From an uncultured Clostridium sp. (GTDB lineage Bacteria > Bacillota > Clostridia > TANB77 > CAG-508): a stretch of DNA of 64,000 nt. Numbering within the stretch: position 1 is the first letter of the stretch; each line of letters starts with the position of its first letter. Location of the stretch: assembly GCA_948468505.1 (NCBI GenBank), contig CAOKJE010000001.1, forward strand, positions 225 to 64,224, in the 5' to 3' direction. The translations under genes were made by a program, and so were the position numbers. The notes beneath the pieces are model-generated. The model did no database searches and had not been told where the DNA came from. It saw only the letters and a list, made by a program, of their open reading frames with translations. Shown here piece by piece: positions 1-9,293 of the stretch.

Positions 1-75
1 GTCAAGCCTAAGTGTGCCGAAAATACTTGCGGGTTACCCTGCTGGAAAAATAGGTTGTTGCCAGATTTTATATAT

Positions 76-151
76 TCCTCGTTAGCTCAGTTGGTAGAGC
101 GCTCGGCTGTTAACCGATAGGTCGTTGGTTCGAGTCCAACACGAGGAGCCA
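76..151 (+). tRNA. tRNA-Asn (anticodon GTT), CCA encoded
   Basis: Cloverleaf is readable: acceptor TCCTCGT pairs with ACGAGGA, anticodon loop CTGTTAA, T-arm GGTTCGAGTCC, 3' GCCA. Confidence 0.85.
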
Positions 152-162
152 AAACAAAATAG

Positions 163-215
163 AAAACTCATAGAAGTCAGTAACATCAAGACTTTTATGA
201 GTTTTTATTTTTTAG
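163..215 (+). terminator. Rho-independent terminator after tRNA-Asn
   Basis: Inverted repeat aaactcata...tatgagttt followed by a T-run. Confidence 0.6.
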
Positions 216-300
216 AGCTTTTTTATTTTATAAAAAATGACGGATTATAAAATTTTAGCAAACCATATGTTTCAATAGGTTTAGAAGCTTTATTAAGAAA

Positions 301-349
301 TTGCTATTTGCAATAATTTGTTATATTTTGTCACGAAATCTGTCATGAA
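301..349. repeat. Copy 1 of TTGCTAT...AATTTGTTATA...TTTTGTCAYGAAATCTGTCATGAA intergenic repeat
   Basis: Near-identical ~50 nt sequence recurs at 1463-1510 and 2404-2456. The core is two direct TGTCAYGAA half-sites. Confidence 0.7.
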
Positions 350-398
350 AAACATTACTTTTTAGAAGTGAAATTTTAAATGAAAGTATACTGTTTAT

Positions 399-1466
399 TT
401 GAAAGTGCTTGAAAGGACAATAAATATGAAGATAACTAAAAAACAAATAACCTATTTAAAGGAAATATCAAGTCCATTTTATGATGAAATGAAAGTAGAA
501 TTTTTATTTCATTCCAATAAGTTAGAAGGAAGCACATTTGATGAAAAACAACTAATTACCTTACTTACAGAAAATAAAGTTCAAGGTGAGCATAGTATAG
601 ATGATGTACAAGAAACAATAAATTCATTAAAATTGTTTGATTTTGTTATAGATACATTAGGAGAAAAACTTACACCAAGATTATTAAAAGAATTCAATTC
701 GTTATTAAAACAAAATACAAAACAAGATGAATATGGACTAATAGGTGTTTATAAAAAGATACCTAATAAGCTTTTAGGCGTAGATATTGAAACTGCACAA
801 CCTTTTGAAGTGGAAGAAAAAATTGATAATCTTTTAGAAATGGAGATTAAAAATATAGAAGATCTTGCAAATTTCCATCAAGAATTTGAACATATTCACC
901 CATTTCAGGATGGGAATGGAAGAATTGGAAGATTTATCATATTAAGGCAATGTATTTTAAATAATATTGATTTAATAGCAATTGACAATGAATTTGAAAA
1001 AGAATATAAAGGGAATTTATATATTGCACAAACAGAAAATAATATTAACCCTTTAGTGGAAATTTTTAGTAAGTGTCAAGAAAGAGTAGATGAGAAGTTA
1101 AAAGAGTTGGAGGAAGTATTAAAAGAGTTAGATAAAAATACGATAAAAACTTTAAAATTTAGAAAGAATTTAAGTGAATTAATATTAAAGAATGAAAAAA
1201 ATACTACTTGGAGAATATTTGATGACAAAGACATAAAAGAAGACGATGTGATACAATTTTTAATTTGGGAAACGAAAGAAGTATTTGCTAATGCTAAAAT
1301 TATAAATGTTGTTGAAAAGAAATTTAAGGATTTAAATAAAAAGGATATGGAAGGACATGAAAAGTTTGTATCAAAAGAGGAAATGTATGCAACTTATAGT
1401 ACCTATTATAATAAAACAGTAGATGAGAATACATTAGTTAAAATAATAAAATTTGAATTAGTTTAA
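399..1466 (+). CDS. Fic/DOC family protein (AMPylase-type)
   Basis: Canonical Fic motif HPFQDGNGRIGR in an intact 355 aa ORF with no in-frame CGG. Confidence 0.8.
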   Translation: MKVLERTINMKITKKQITYLKEISSPFYDEMKVEFLFHSNKLEGSTFDEKQLITLLTENKVQGEHSIDDVQETINSLKLFDFVIDTLGEKLTPRLLKEFNSLLKQNTKQDEYGLIGVYKKIPNKLLGVDIETAQPFEVEEKIDNLLEMEIKNIEDLANFHQEFEHIHPFQDGNGRIGRFIILRQCILNNIDLIAIDNEFEKEYKGNLYIAQTENNINPLVEIFSKCQERVDEKLKELEEVLKELDKNTIKTLKFRKNLSELILKNEKNTTWRIFDDKDIKEDDVIQFLIWETKEVFANAKIINVVEKKFKDLNKKDMEGHEKFVSKEEMYATYSTYYNKTVDENTLVKIIKFELV

Positions 1467-1510
1467 ATTTTGTTATAGTTAGTTAAAATTTTGTCACGAA
1501 ATTTGAACTG
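1463..1510. repeat. Copy 2 of the TGTCAYGAA-containing intergenic repeat
   Basis: aattttgttatagttagttaaaattttgtcacgaaatttgaactg lies immediately after the Fic stop codon. Confidence 0.6.
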
Positions 1511-1575
1511 TTTTTTGATTATTGGAAGTGATTTTAGGAAAAATTAAAAAAATAATGAAAGAAGGATAATAGATA

Positions 1576-2382
1576 ATGAAGTTTACTATATTAACAGAAA
1601 ATAGAAATTGTAATAATAATTGTATTAACGAAGATGGTTTATCTATATTGATTGAAATGGATAGTTATAAAGTTCTTTTAGATACTGGAATAACAGATGC
1701 ATTTTTGAAAAATGCAGAAACTTTAGGCATTAATCTAGATGAAGTAAATATAATTGTTTTAAGTCATGGGCATTGGGATCATGGAAATGGACTAAAATAT
1801 GTAAATTCAAAGAAAACTTTGATATTACATCCTAAATGTTATACCGAAAGATATAGTTTAAGTAGAAATATGGCATATGCAGGGATTAACGAAACAAAAG
1901 AAGAATTGCAGAACAAATTTGAGCTAATTGAGACAAGAGAGCCATACAGAATATTTAAAGATGTATGGTTTCTTGGACAGATTGATAGAAAATTTAAAGT
2001 ACCAGTAAAAAATTTGCCAACTATTTTAAAAAATGAAGGAATAGATTACTTAGAAGATGATTGTGGTGGAATTGTTGTAAAATTAGAAAAAGGTATAATT
2101 ATATTTAGTTCATGTTCTCATTCTGGAATAAATAATATTGTCGAACAAGCTAAAAAAATTACAGGTGAAGACAGAGTTATTGCAGTTGTGGGTGGATTCC
2201 ATTTGAAAGAAATAAATTCATATACACAAGAAATAGTGCAATACTTTAAAGATAATAAGATAGAAAGAGCTTATATGGGGCATTGCACATCTGATGAAGT
2301 AATTGAATACTTTAAGGAACAATTAATGGGAGTTGCACAAGTTGAAAAGTTATTTGCAGGAGTGAAATTTGAAATAAACTAG
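1576..2382 (+). CDS. MBL-fold metallo-hydrolase
   Basis: HGHWDHGNG metal-binding motif in an intact 268 aa ORF. Confidence 0.7.
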   Translation: MKFTILTENRNCNNNCINEDGLSILIEMDSYKVLLDTGITDAFLKNAETLGINLDEVNIIVLSHGHWDHGNGLKYVNSKKTLILHPKCYTERYSLSRNMAYAGINETKEELQNKFELIETREPYRIFKDVWFLGQIDRKFKVPVKNLPTILKNEGIDYLEDDCGGIVVKLEKGIIIFSSCSHSGINNIVEQAKKITGEDRVIAVVGGFHLKEINSYTQEIVQYFKDNKIERAYMGHCTSDEVIEYFKEQLMGVAQVEKLFAGVKFEIN

Positions 2383-2403
2383 AAAAAATACAGAAAAGAT
2401 ATT

Positions 2404-2456
2404 TTGCTATAATTTGTCAAAGTTTGTTATAATTTTGTCATGAAATCTGTCATGAA
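2404..2456. repeat. Copy 3 of the TGTCAYGAA-containing intergenic repeat
   Basis: ttgctataatttgtcaaagtttgttataattttgtcatgaaatctgtcatgaa lies ~20 nt after the MBL stop codon. Confidence 0.7.
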
Positions 2457-2533
2457 TAAAAAGAGAAGAATTGAAACATAGATATATTAATAACTTTGAA
2501 AGTCAGTTTGGCTCTAAATGAGGAGCCATAAAT

Positions 2534-2568
2534 AGCAGATAAGAGATTATCTGTTATTTTTTTGTTTG
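2534..2568 (+). terminator. Rho-independent terminator
   Basis: cagataagagattatctg hairpin followed by T7. Confidence 0.55.
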
Positions 2569-2631
2569 TTCGCTATCTTTTTTGCATAAAATCAGTTATA
2601 ATAGAAGTTATAAAATAAGGAGGGAATAATT

Positions 2632-3625
2632 ATGAGAAATTTAGAAAGCAAACTAAAAAATAGAAAAATAAATTACGAAAAACTATTAAAATACGGCTTC
2701 CAAAAAGAAAACGAAAAATACATCTATAAAGCAAAAATACGGAAACAATAAATTTGAAACGAACGTAATAATTTCAAAAGAAAAAAGCTATGCAAAGCTA
2801 ATAGACTTAGAAAACGAAACAGAATTTATCCTTGTCGATTTAGAAACATCAAATGGAAAATTTGTAGGAGAATTAAGGCAACAATACGATAAAATAATAG
2901 AAAATATTATAATAAAATGTACTAGTAAAGAAGCATTTAAAAGTAAGCAAGCAAAAGAAATAATCAGCTATATAGAAGAAAAATATGGTGACAAATTAGA
3001 ATTTTTATGGGAAAAATTCGATAACAATGCTATTTGGAGAAACAAACAAAACAGCAAATGGTATGGACTTCTAGTAACACTAGAGGAAAAGAAATTAGGA
3101 ATTGAATCAGACAAAATGGTAGAAATTATCGACTTAAGATATCAAAAAGAGAAAATAGAAACCATATTAAATAATACAAAAATTTTTCCAGGATATCATA
3201 TGAATAAAAAAAGTTGGATTACAATAAAATTAGACGAATCCTTAGATACAACAGATATATTCAAGTTAATAGATAATAGCTATCAATTATCAATAGGAAA
3301 CAAATGTGGCATTATAGGGGAGCGTTTGTCTCAAAAAGTATATGAATATTTAACAACCATACCTGAGGGCAAAGTAGTTACCTACAAACAGGTTGCAGAA
3401 AATTTAGGAAACAAGGGCTTGGCAAGAGTGGTAGGAAATATACTTCATAAAAACCCAGATGGAGACAAATATCCTTGTTATAAAGTATTAAACAGCAAAG
3501 GAGAGCTGGCAGAAGCTTTTGTATTTGGAGGAAAAGAAAATCAAAAAGAAAGGTTAGAAAAAGATGGCATCAAAGTAAACAATAACAAAGTTGATTTAAA
3601 TTTATATCAGTGGAAAGAAAGATAA
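2632..3625 (+). CDS. YjbR/MmcQ-family domain fused to an MGMT-like DNA-binding domain; read across one CGG recoding site (~2740)
   Basis: The N-terminal 39 aa piece ends at TAA straight after ata-CGG-aaa. The +1 frame gives ...AKIGNNKFETNVII... and continues into the 3116-3625 ORF, which carries the MGMT DNA-binding motif VTYKQVAENLGNKGLARVVGNILHKNP...PCYKV. Confidence 0.55.
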
Positions 3626-3639
3626 AAGGAGGAGAAATT

Positions 3640-4824
3640 ATGAAAAGAAAATTTTTGTTAGTAATACTGATAGTAACAATGCTATTATTAATTATGATGC
3701 CAATAGGATTGACAGAGGAAAAAAATTTAACAAATATACAAGAAAATAGAACAGAATCAGAATTGATTGTAGAAGAAGATAGTGCTATTGATTTTGTATA
3801 TTCGATTTCTGAAGGAGAAGTCACGATAACTAGATATAGAAATAAAAAAGCAGAAGTAAAAATACCTAGTATGATAGATGGTTGTCCAGTAACAAGTATA
3901 GGTTCGGATGCATTTAGAGATTGTAGCAGTATAACAAATGTAATAATACCCAATACTGTAGTGAACATAGAATCGAAAGTGTTTTTTGGATGTAGTAGTT
4001 TAACAAATATAACGATTCCAAGAAGTGTGAACAATATGATGCATTGGGCGTTTTGGGGGTGTAGTAATTTAACAAGCATAAATGTAGATAGTAACAATCA
4101 GAAATACAGTAGTGAAAATGGAATTTTATTTAACAAAGATAAAACAGAAATTATTAAATATCCAGAAGGTAAGGAAGATTCCAATTATGTAATATCAAAT
4201 AATGTTACCCAAATAGGTCCCTGGGCATTTTTTAATTGTAGAAATTTAAAAAATATGACAATTTCAAATTGTGTTAAAAGTATAGGAAGTATGGCTTTTT
4301 ATGAATGTACAAGCTTAACGAACATAGATATTCCAAATAGTGTTACCAATATGGGAGATCATACATTTTATGGATGTAGTAGTTTAACCAATATAACAAT
4401 TCCAAGTAGTGTAACATGTATAGGAGAAAATACATTTCAAAGATGTACTGGATTAACAACAATAATGATTCCTAATAGTGTAAAAACAATAAAAAGAATG
4501 GCGTTTGAAGGATGTAAAAATTTTACCATATATACATATAGAGGAGCATATGCACAAACTTATGGAAATGAGAACAATATAAATGTAGTATTGTTAGATG
4601 ATTGTTTACTAGGAGATATGGATGGTGATGGCGAAATAACTCCATATGATGCTTATATAATCAATGTAATATTTGAAAGTGGAAGAATACCAACAGAACA
4701 AGAACTTTTAATAGGAGATGTTGATGGAGATGGAGAGTTAACTCCATATGATGCTTATATAATCAATGTAGCATTTGAAAGAGGAGAAAATATAAAAAGA
4801 TATATAATGATAAAGAAGAAGTAA
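3640..4824 (+). CDS. Secreted BspA-type leucine-rich-repeat protein with two C-terminal dockerin repeats
   Basis: Signal peptide MKRKFLLVILIVTMLLLIMMP. Repeated CSSLTNI(T/D)IP LRR units. DMDGDGEITPYDAY and DVDGDGELTPYDAY are type-I dockerin calcium-binding segments. Confidence 0.7.
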   Translation: MKRKFLLVILIVTMLLLIMMPIGLTEEKNLTNIQENRTESELIVEEDSAIDFVYSISEGEVTITRYRNKKAEVKIPSMIDGCPVTSIGSDAFRDCSSITNVIIPNTVVNIESKVFFGCSSLTNITIPRSVNNMMHWAFWGCSNLTSINVDSNNQKYSSENGILFNKDKTEIIKYPEGKEDSNYVISNNVTQIGPWAFFNCRNLKNMTISNCVKSIGSMAFYECTSLTNIDIPNSVTNMGDHTFYGCSSLTNITIPSSVTCIGENTFQRCTGLTTIMIPNSVKTIKRMAFEGCKNFTIYTYRGAYAQTYGNENNINVVLLDDCLLGDMDGDGEITPYDAYIINVIFESGRIPTEQELLIGDVDGDGELTPYDAYIINVAFERGENIKRYIMIKKK

Positions 4825-4990
4825 TTGGCACAATTGGAGCACTAAAAGTATCTAACAAAGAAGTAAAAATGAATAGTCTATATGTAAATGAAAATTATAT
4901 CAATTATTGATTGACTTTGCAAAACAACTAGGAAAATGTTATCATAAAGCAAATAGGAAATTAATGTAAGTAAAGATAAAGGGAGCATAT

Positions 4991-5212
4991 ATGAAAAAAA
5001 GAGCCAGAAAGAAATCAAATAAAAAGAACAAAGAAGTCAATTATTATAGAAATTTTGGAAGTTTATCAAACGATAGTGTTGTAACAGATATCTATAATAA
5101 AAAATTTAGGAATGAGGAAAAAACGATAGCAACAAAATGTCAGGTTAGAAAAATGACTGACGAAGAATACGAAAAATACTTTGGGAAGAAAAAAATCAAT
5201 AAGGACAGTTAA
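4991..5212 (+). CDS. Small basic hypothetical protein
   Basis: 73 aa ORF with an RBS (agggag) upstream and no recognisable motif. Confidence 0.35.
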   Translation: MKKRARKKSNKKNKEVNYYRNFGSLSNDSVVTDIYNKKFRNEEKTIATKCQVRKMTDEEYEKYFGKKKINKDS

Positions 5213-5230
5213 GGGGAAAGGAAGATAAAA

Positions 5231-5641
5231 ATGAAAATATTAATTATTTGTAGCAAAGCATTTTACAAGGACATAGCACCAATAAAAGAAAAATTAGAAA
5301 AAATGGGACACACAATAGAACTACCAAACTCCTACTATGAACCAGAAGCTGAAAAAATAAGTTGGGAATTAGGCAAAGAAGAACATGCAAAATTTAAAGC
5401 AAAGATGTTTAGAATGAGTGAAGAAAGAATTGGAAAAATGAATGCAGTATTAACACTAAACTTTGACAAAAATGGAAAGAAAAACTACATTGGAGGTGCA
5501 ACATTTATTGAAATTTACGAAGCATTTATGAAAAATAAAAAAATTTATTTGTACAATGATATTCCAGAAGGAATGTTATATGACGAAATAGCTGGCTTTT
5601 CTCCAATTGTAATAAAGGGAGATTTATCGTTAGTAGAATAA
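5231..5641 (+). CDS. Hypothetical protein, possibly nucleoside 2-deoxyribosyltransferase-like
   Basis: 136 aa ORF with a good RBS. The assignment rests only on size, weak pattern resemblance, and a context of nucleotide-sanitising genes. Confidence 0.35.
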   Translation: MKILIICSKAFYKDIAPIKEKLEKMGHTIELPNSYYEPEAEKISWELGKEEHAKFKAKMFRMSEERIGKMNAVLTLNFDKNGKKNYIGGATFIEIYEAFMKNKKIYLYNDIPEGMLYDEIAGFSPIVIKGDLSLVE

Positions 5642-5665
5642 AATCTATTAGAGGAGAGAAAATTT

Positions 5666-6277
5666 ATGAGTGAAGATGAAAGAGAAGACGAACAAGAAAG
5701 ATGGGGTAGACATCAAGAAAAAACATTTGAAAAACCAGCACATGATACATTACTAAAAGCAATAAAAAATTTTAATGGATTTACTGGATATTCAATTGAC
5801 CTTGGTTGTGGTTCTGGAATGGACACATTAGAATTACTTTAAAATGGATGGGAAGTATTAGCAATCGATAATAATCCACATAGCTTTAGTAGAATAAAAA
5901 CAAAGTTAAATGAAAAGCAACTAGCTAAGCTTGAAACCAAAAAGGAACGTTTCGAAGAATTACAACTTCCAAAAGCTGATTTAATAAATGCAAGTTATAG
6001 TATTCCATTTTGTGATCCAAAATTCTTTGATAAATTTTGGACCAATATCAGCGAAGCAATCAACAAAAATGGGAGATTTTCAGGTCATTTCTTAGGTAAT
6101 AAAGATGAATGGGCATTCAGAAAAAACATGACTTTATTAAGCAAACAAGAAGTCTTAGGATTATTTAATGAATTTCAACTTGAACTTTTTGAAGAAAAAG
6201 AATTTGATAAAACAACAACTTTAGGAGCTTTAAAGCATTGGCACATATTTAAAATAATTGCCAAGAAATGCAAATAA
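5666..6277 (+). pseudogene. Class I SAM-dependent methyltransferase interrupted by an in-frame TAA (~5840)
   Basis: SAM motif DLGCGSGMDTLELL is followed by TAA and then the same frame continues NGWEVLAIDNNP... to 6277. This is a nonsense codon, not a CGG shift. Confidence 0.45.
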
Positions 6278-6333
6278 AATGATAAAAATCTTGAGTAATA
6301 ATAGCTAGACAAAATATAAAGGAGAACAAAAAC

Positions 6334-6672
6334 ATGGAACTAAAAGAAAAATTAAAACAACTAAACGAAAAAAGTAACATTGCGGAAATCCAAAAATACA
6401 TACAAGACATGAAAAAAGAAAGAAAATTTGATAGAGTTACCATCGAAAGAGAAATGATGTTATTTATAGAAGAAATAGGAGAACTAGCCAAAGCAATAAG
6501 AAAAAACACCAATGGGCGTCTAGATATAAAAAAAGAATACAAAGACAATATAGAAGAAGAACTAGCAGATTGCTTTATCTACTTACTAAGCATAGCTAAC
6601 ATGAATGAAGTAGACATGTTCAAAGCATTTAAAGAAAAAGAAACAAAAAACTGTGATAGAACATGGAAATAA
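6334..6672 (+). CDS. MazG-like nucleotide pyrophosphohydrolase (small single-domain)
   Basis: EEIGELAKAI...EELADCFIYLL matches the MazG/NTP-PPase EExxE...EExxD pattern. Confidence 0.6.
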   Translation: MELKEKLKQLNEKSNIAEIQKYIQDMKKERKFDRVTIEREMMLFIEEIGELAKAIRKNTNGRLDIKKEYKDNIEEELADCFIYLLSIANMNEVDMFKAFKEKETKNCDRTWK

Positions 6673-6701
6673 AAGAATAAATAAAAAGGAGAGACCTAGA
6701 A

Positions 6702-7361
6702 ATGGATTCAGAAGCAATTAATATATTTGACTTTGATGGAACCTTAACAACAGAAACTTGGCCCAAATTTTGGGTCTGGATAGAAAAATTTGGATATAAT
6801 GGAAAGCAAAGAAATGACAATTTAGAAAAAGCATTGGCAGAATACAGAAAAAACAAGGAAGGAAATGAATTAGAAAAATTTTTTGGCTTTTTTAATAATT
6901 TACTTACTGAAAATCAGCAAACCCTTACATACGAAGAACTAATGGAAGGAGAAAAACATATCCAATACAATCAGGGAGTAATTGAATTTCTTGAAGGCTC
7001 ATTAGCAAAAAACTACATAGTTTCGGGAGGACTAACACAATTTTTAGAAAAACTAAAAATAGCAAAACACTTTGAAGGAATTTATGGAACCTCATTACGA
7101 CATAATGAAAATAGTTTAATTGTTGGAATTGGTGAAGTAATGACAGACGAAAAAAAGATAGAAGCAATTCAAGAAATTTTAAGAAAAAATAAAAGACAAA
7201 AAAATGATTGCCGAAACGTAAACTACATAGGAGATGGGGCTACAGATGCAGCAGCAATGAGATTTGATTTTTGTTGTGTCGCAGACTATAAAAATGGTAG
7301 TGAGCTTTCTAATCTATTGCAAGGACAAAAACAAAAAAAGCAAGAAGAATTTATTCGATAA
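6702..7361 (+). CDS. HAD-superfamily hydrolase
   Basis: N-terminal FDFDGTLT (DxDGT) and C-terminal GDGATD motifs. Confidence 0.7.
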   Translation: MDSEAINIFDFDGTLTTETWPKFWVWIEKFGYNGKQRNDNLEKALAEYRKNKEGNELEKFFGFFNNLLTENQQTLTYEELMEGEKHIQYNQGVIEFLEGSLAKNYIVSGGLTQFLEKLKIAKHFEGIYGTSLRHNENSLIVGIGEVMTDEKKIEAIQEILRKNKRQKNDCRNVNYIGDGATDAAAMRFDFCCVADYKNGSELSNLLQGQKQKKQEEFIR

Positions 7362-7378
7362 TAAAAAGGAGACAAAAA

Positions 7379-7843
7379 ATGACAAAAGTATTATTTGTAT
7401 GTTTAGGAAACATATGTAGATCGCCAATGGCAGAATTCATACTAAAAGACATCGTAAAGAAAAACAAAAAAGAAGAAAAATTCTATATATCTTCAGCGGC
7501 AACTAGCTATTACAACGAGCTAGAAAAAGAAGAAATGTATGGAGATGCCAAACAAATGCTAAAAGAAATGAACATTCCATTTGAAAAACACATAGCCAAA
7601 CAAATCAAAAAAGAAGACTACGAAAAATATGACTATATCTTAGCCATGGAAGAAAAGAACCGAAAAGACATACTAAAAATAGTAGGACAAGACAAAGAAA
7701 ACAAAATCTATAGACTATTAGACTTTACCGAAAAACCAGGAAACATAGCAGACCCTTGGTACACAGGAGACTTCCATACCACTTACTATGATATCGTATA
7801 TGGCTGTGAAAAATTTTTAGAATATATTGAACGCAAAAAATAA
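7379..7843 (+). CDS. Low-molecular-weight protein-tyrosine phosphatase
   Basis: P-loop VLFVCLGNICRSPMAE (CX5R) plus DPWY. Confidence 0.8.
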   Translation: MTKVLFVCLGNICRSPMAEFILKDIVKKNKKEEKFYISSAATSYYNELEKEEMYGDAKQMLKEMNIPFEKHIAKQIKKEDYEKYDYILAMEEKNRKDILKIVGQDKENKIYRLLDFTEKPGNIADPWYTGDFHTTYYDIVYGCEKFLEYIERKK

Positions 7844-7861
7844 AACAGGAGAAATTAAAAA

Positions 7862-8465
7862 ATGAAAAAACAAATTTTAATATTTGGAGGCAGTTTCAAT
7901 CCACCGTTAAACTCACACTTTTCATTAGTAGAACAAATACGGAAACCAATATCCTAACATACAAAAAACAATATTTGTGCCAGTAAATGCTACCTATCAA
8001 AAAGCAGACCTAATTAGCAATGAGCATCGATACCAAATGTTAAAACTTGTCTGTGACAAAAACGAAAAATTCGAAGTATCAAAACTAGAAATGGAAAATA
8101 AAAGACAACTTTATACCATCGAAACACTAAGGAAATTTCAAGAAATCTATCAAGATTATGAAATTGCCTTTTTAATGGGAAGTGACAATTTAAAGCAATT
8201 ACATCAATGGAAAAAAGCAGAAGAACTAGTAAGCAACTTTAAAATCTATGTCTTAAAAAGAAATCAAGACAACATCGACAAAATCATACAAAAAAACCCT
8301 TTTTTAAACAAAAACAAAAAAGCTTTTATAAAAACCCAAAACATCATAACAACTAGTTTAAGCTCTAGCTTTGTAAGAGAACAAATAAAAAACAAAAAAA
8401 GCATTCGATACCTAACAACAGACGAAGTAGAACAATATATCAAGGAAAATAAATTATACCAATAA
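7862..8465 (+). CDS. nadD: Nicotinate-nucleotide adenylyltransferase NadD, one CGG recoding site (~7940)
   Basis: IFGGSFNPPLNSH nucleotidyltransferase motif. The 0-frame hits TAA 4 codons after ata-CGG-aaa, while the +1 frame gives EQIGNQYPNIQKTIFVPV... and continues into the 7977-8465 ORF. Confidence 0.7.
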
Positions 8466-8479
8466 AAGGTGGTAACAAT

Positions 8480-9269
8480 ATGTTAAGAAAAGAAAAACTG
8501 AAGCAAGAAGCGGCAAATGCAATTAATTGGATAAAAGAATATGCGAAAAAAGCAGGCGCCAAAGGAATTGTCGTGGGCAATAGTGGAGGAAAAGACTCGA
8601 GTACCGTTATTGCCATGGCAACCAAAGCAATCCGGAAAAGAAAATGTAATAGCAGTATCAATGCCATGTTTTTCAAACACAAAAGACCTAGAAGATGCCG
8701 AACTTGTTTCCAAAACATTTGGTGTAAAATCACTAACAATAGATTTAAGCAAAACTTATCAAGAAATGGAGACGCAAATAAATCAACAACTAGGCTCTAA
8801 ACTATCCAAAGAAGCAACCATCAACACAAAGCCACGACTAAGAATGACAACCTTATATGGAATAGCACAAACTTTAGGATATCTAGTAATAGGAACTGGA
8901 AATCTTTGCGAAGCTATGGTAGGCTATACCACCAAATGGGGAGACAACAGTGCAGACCTAAACCCCATTGGAAACTTCACAGTAGAAGAAGTACTAGAAA
9001 TAGGAAAAATGTTAGGAGTACCAGAAAAAATACTAGCAAAACCACCAAATGATGGACTAGGAGACTTAACAGACGAAGAAAAAATGGGCATAAAATATAG
9101 CCAAATTGCTCAAATGATTGAAACAGGAGATACTGAAGAAGTAGCTAAACAAGAAATTTTAAAAAGATATCAAAATTCAAAGCATAAAAGAACTACAGTA
9201 CCAATCTATACCTTTGAAAGAAAAAATTTCTTATTAGGCCAAACAAAAAATAACCAAGAAAGCCTTTAA
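8480..9269 (+). CDS. nadE: NH3-dependent NAD+ synthetase NadE, one CGG recoding site (8633)
   Basis: The N-terminus carries the PP-loop VVGNSGGKDSST. At atc-CGG-aaa the +1 frame gives the conserved ...ATKAIGKENVIAVSMP... in place of ...AIRKRKC. Confidence 0.8.
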
Positions 9270-9293
9270 TTTAAAAAGAAAAAGGAGAAAAAA

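Noticed and set aside
1-50. GC-richer 50 nt at the window start (gtcaagcctaagtgtgccgaaaatacttgcgggttaccctgctgg) preceding tRNA-Asn, possibly the 3' end of a structured RNA
   Set aside because: It is too short and truncated by the window edge. It did not convincingly match the 5S, 23S or tmRNA termini I could recall, so I left it unannotated.
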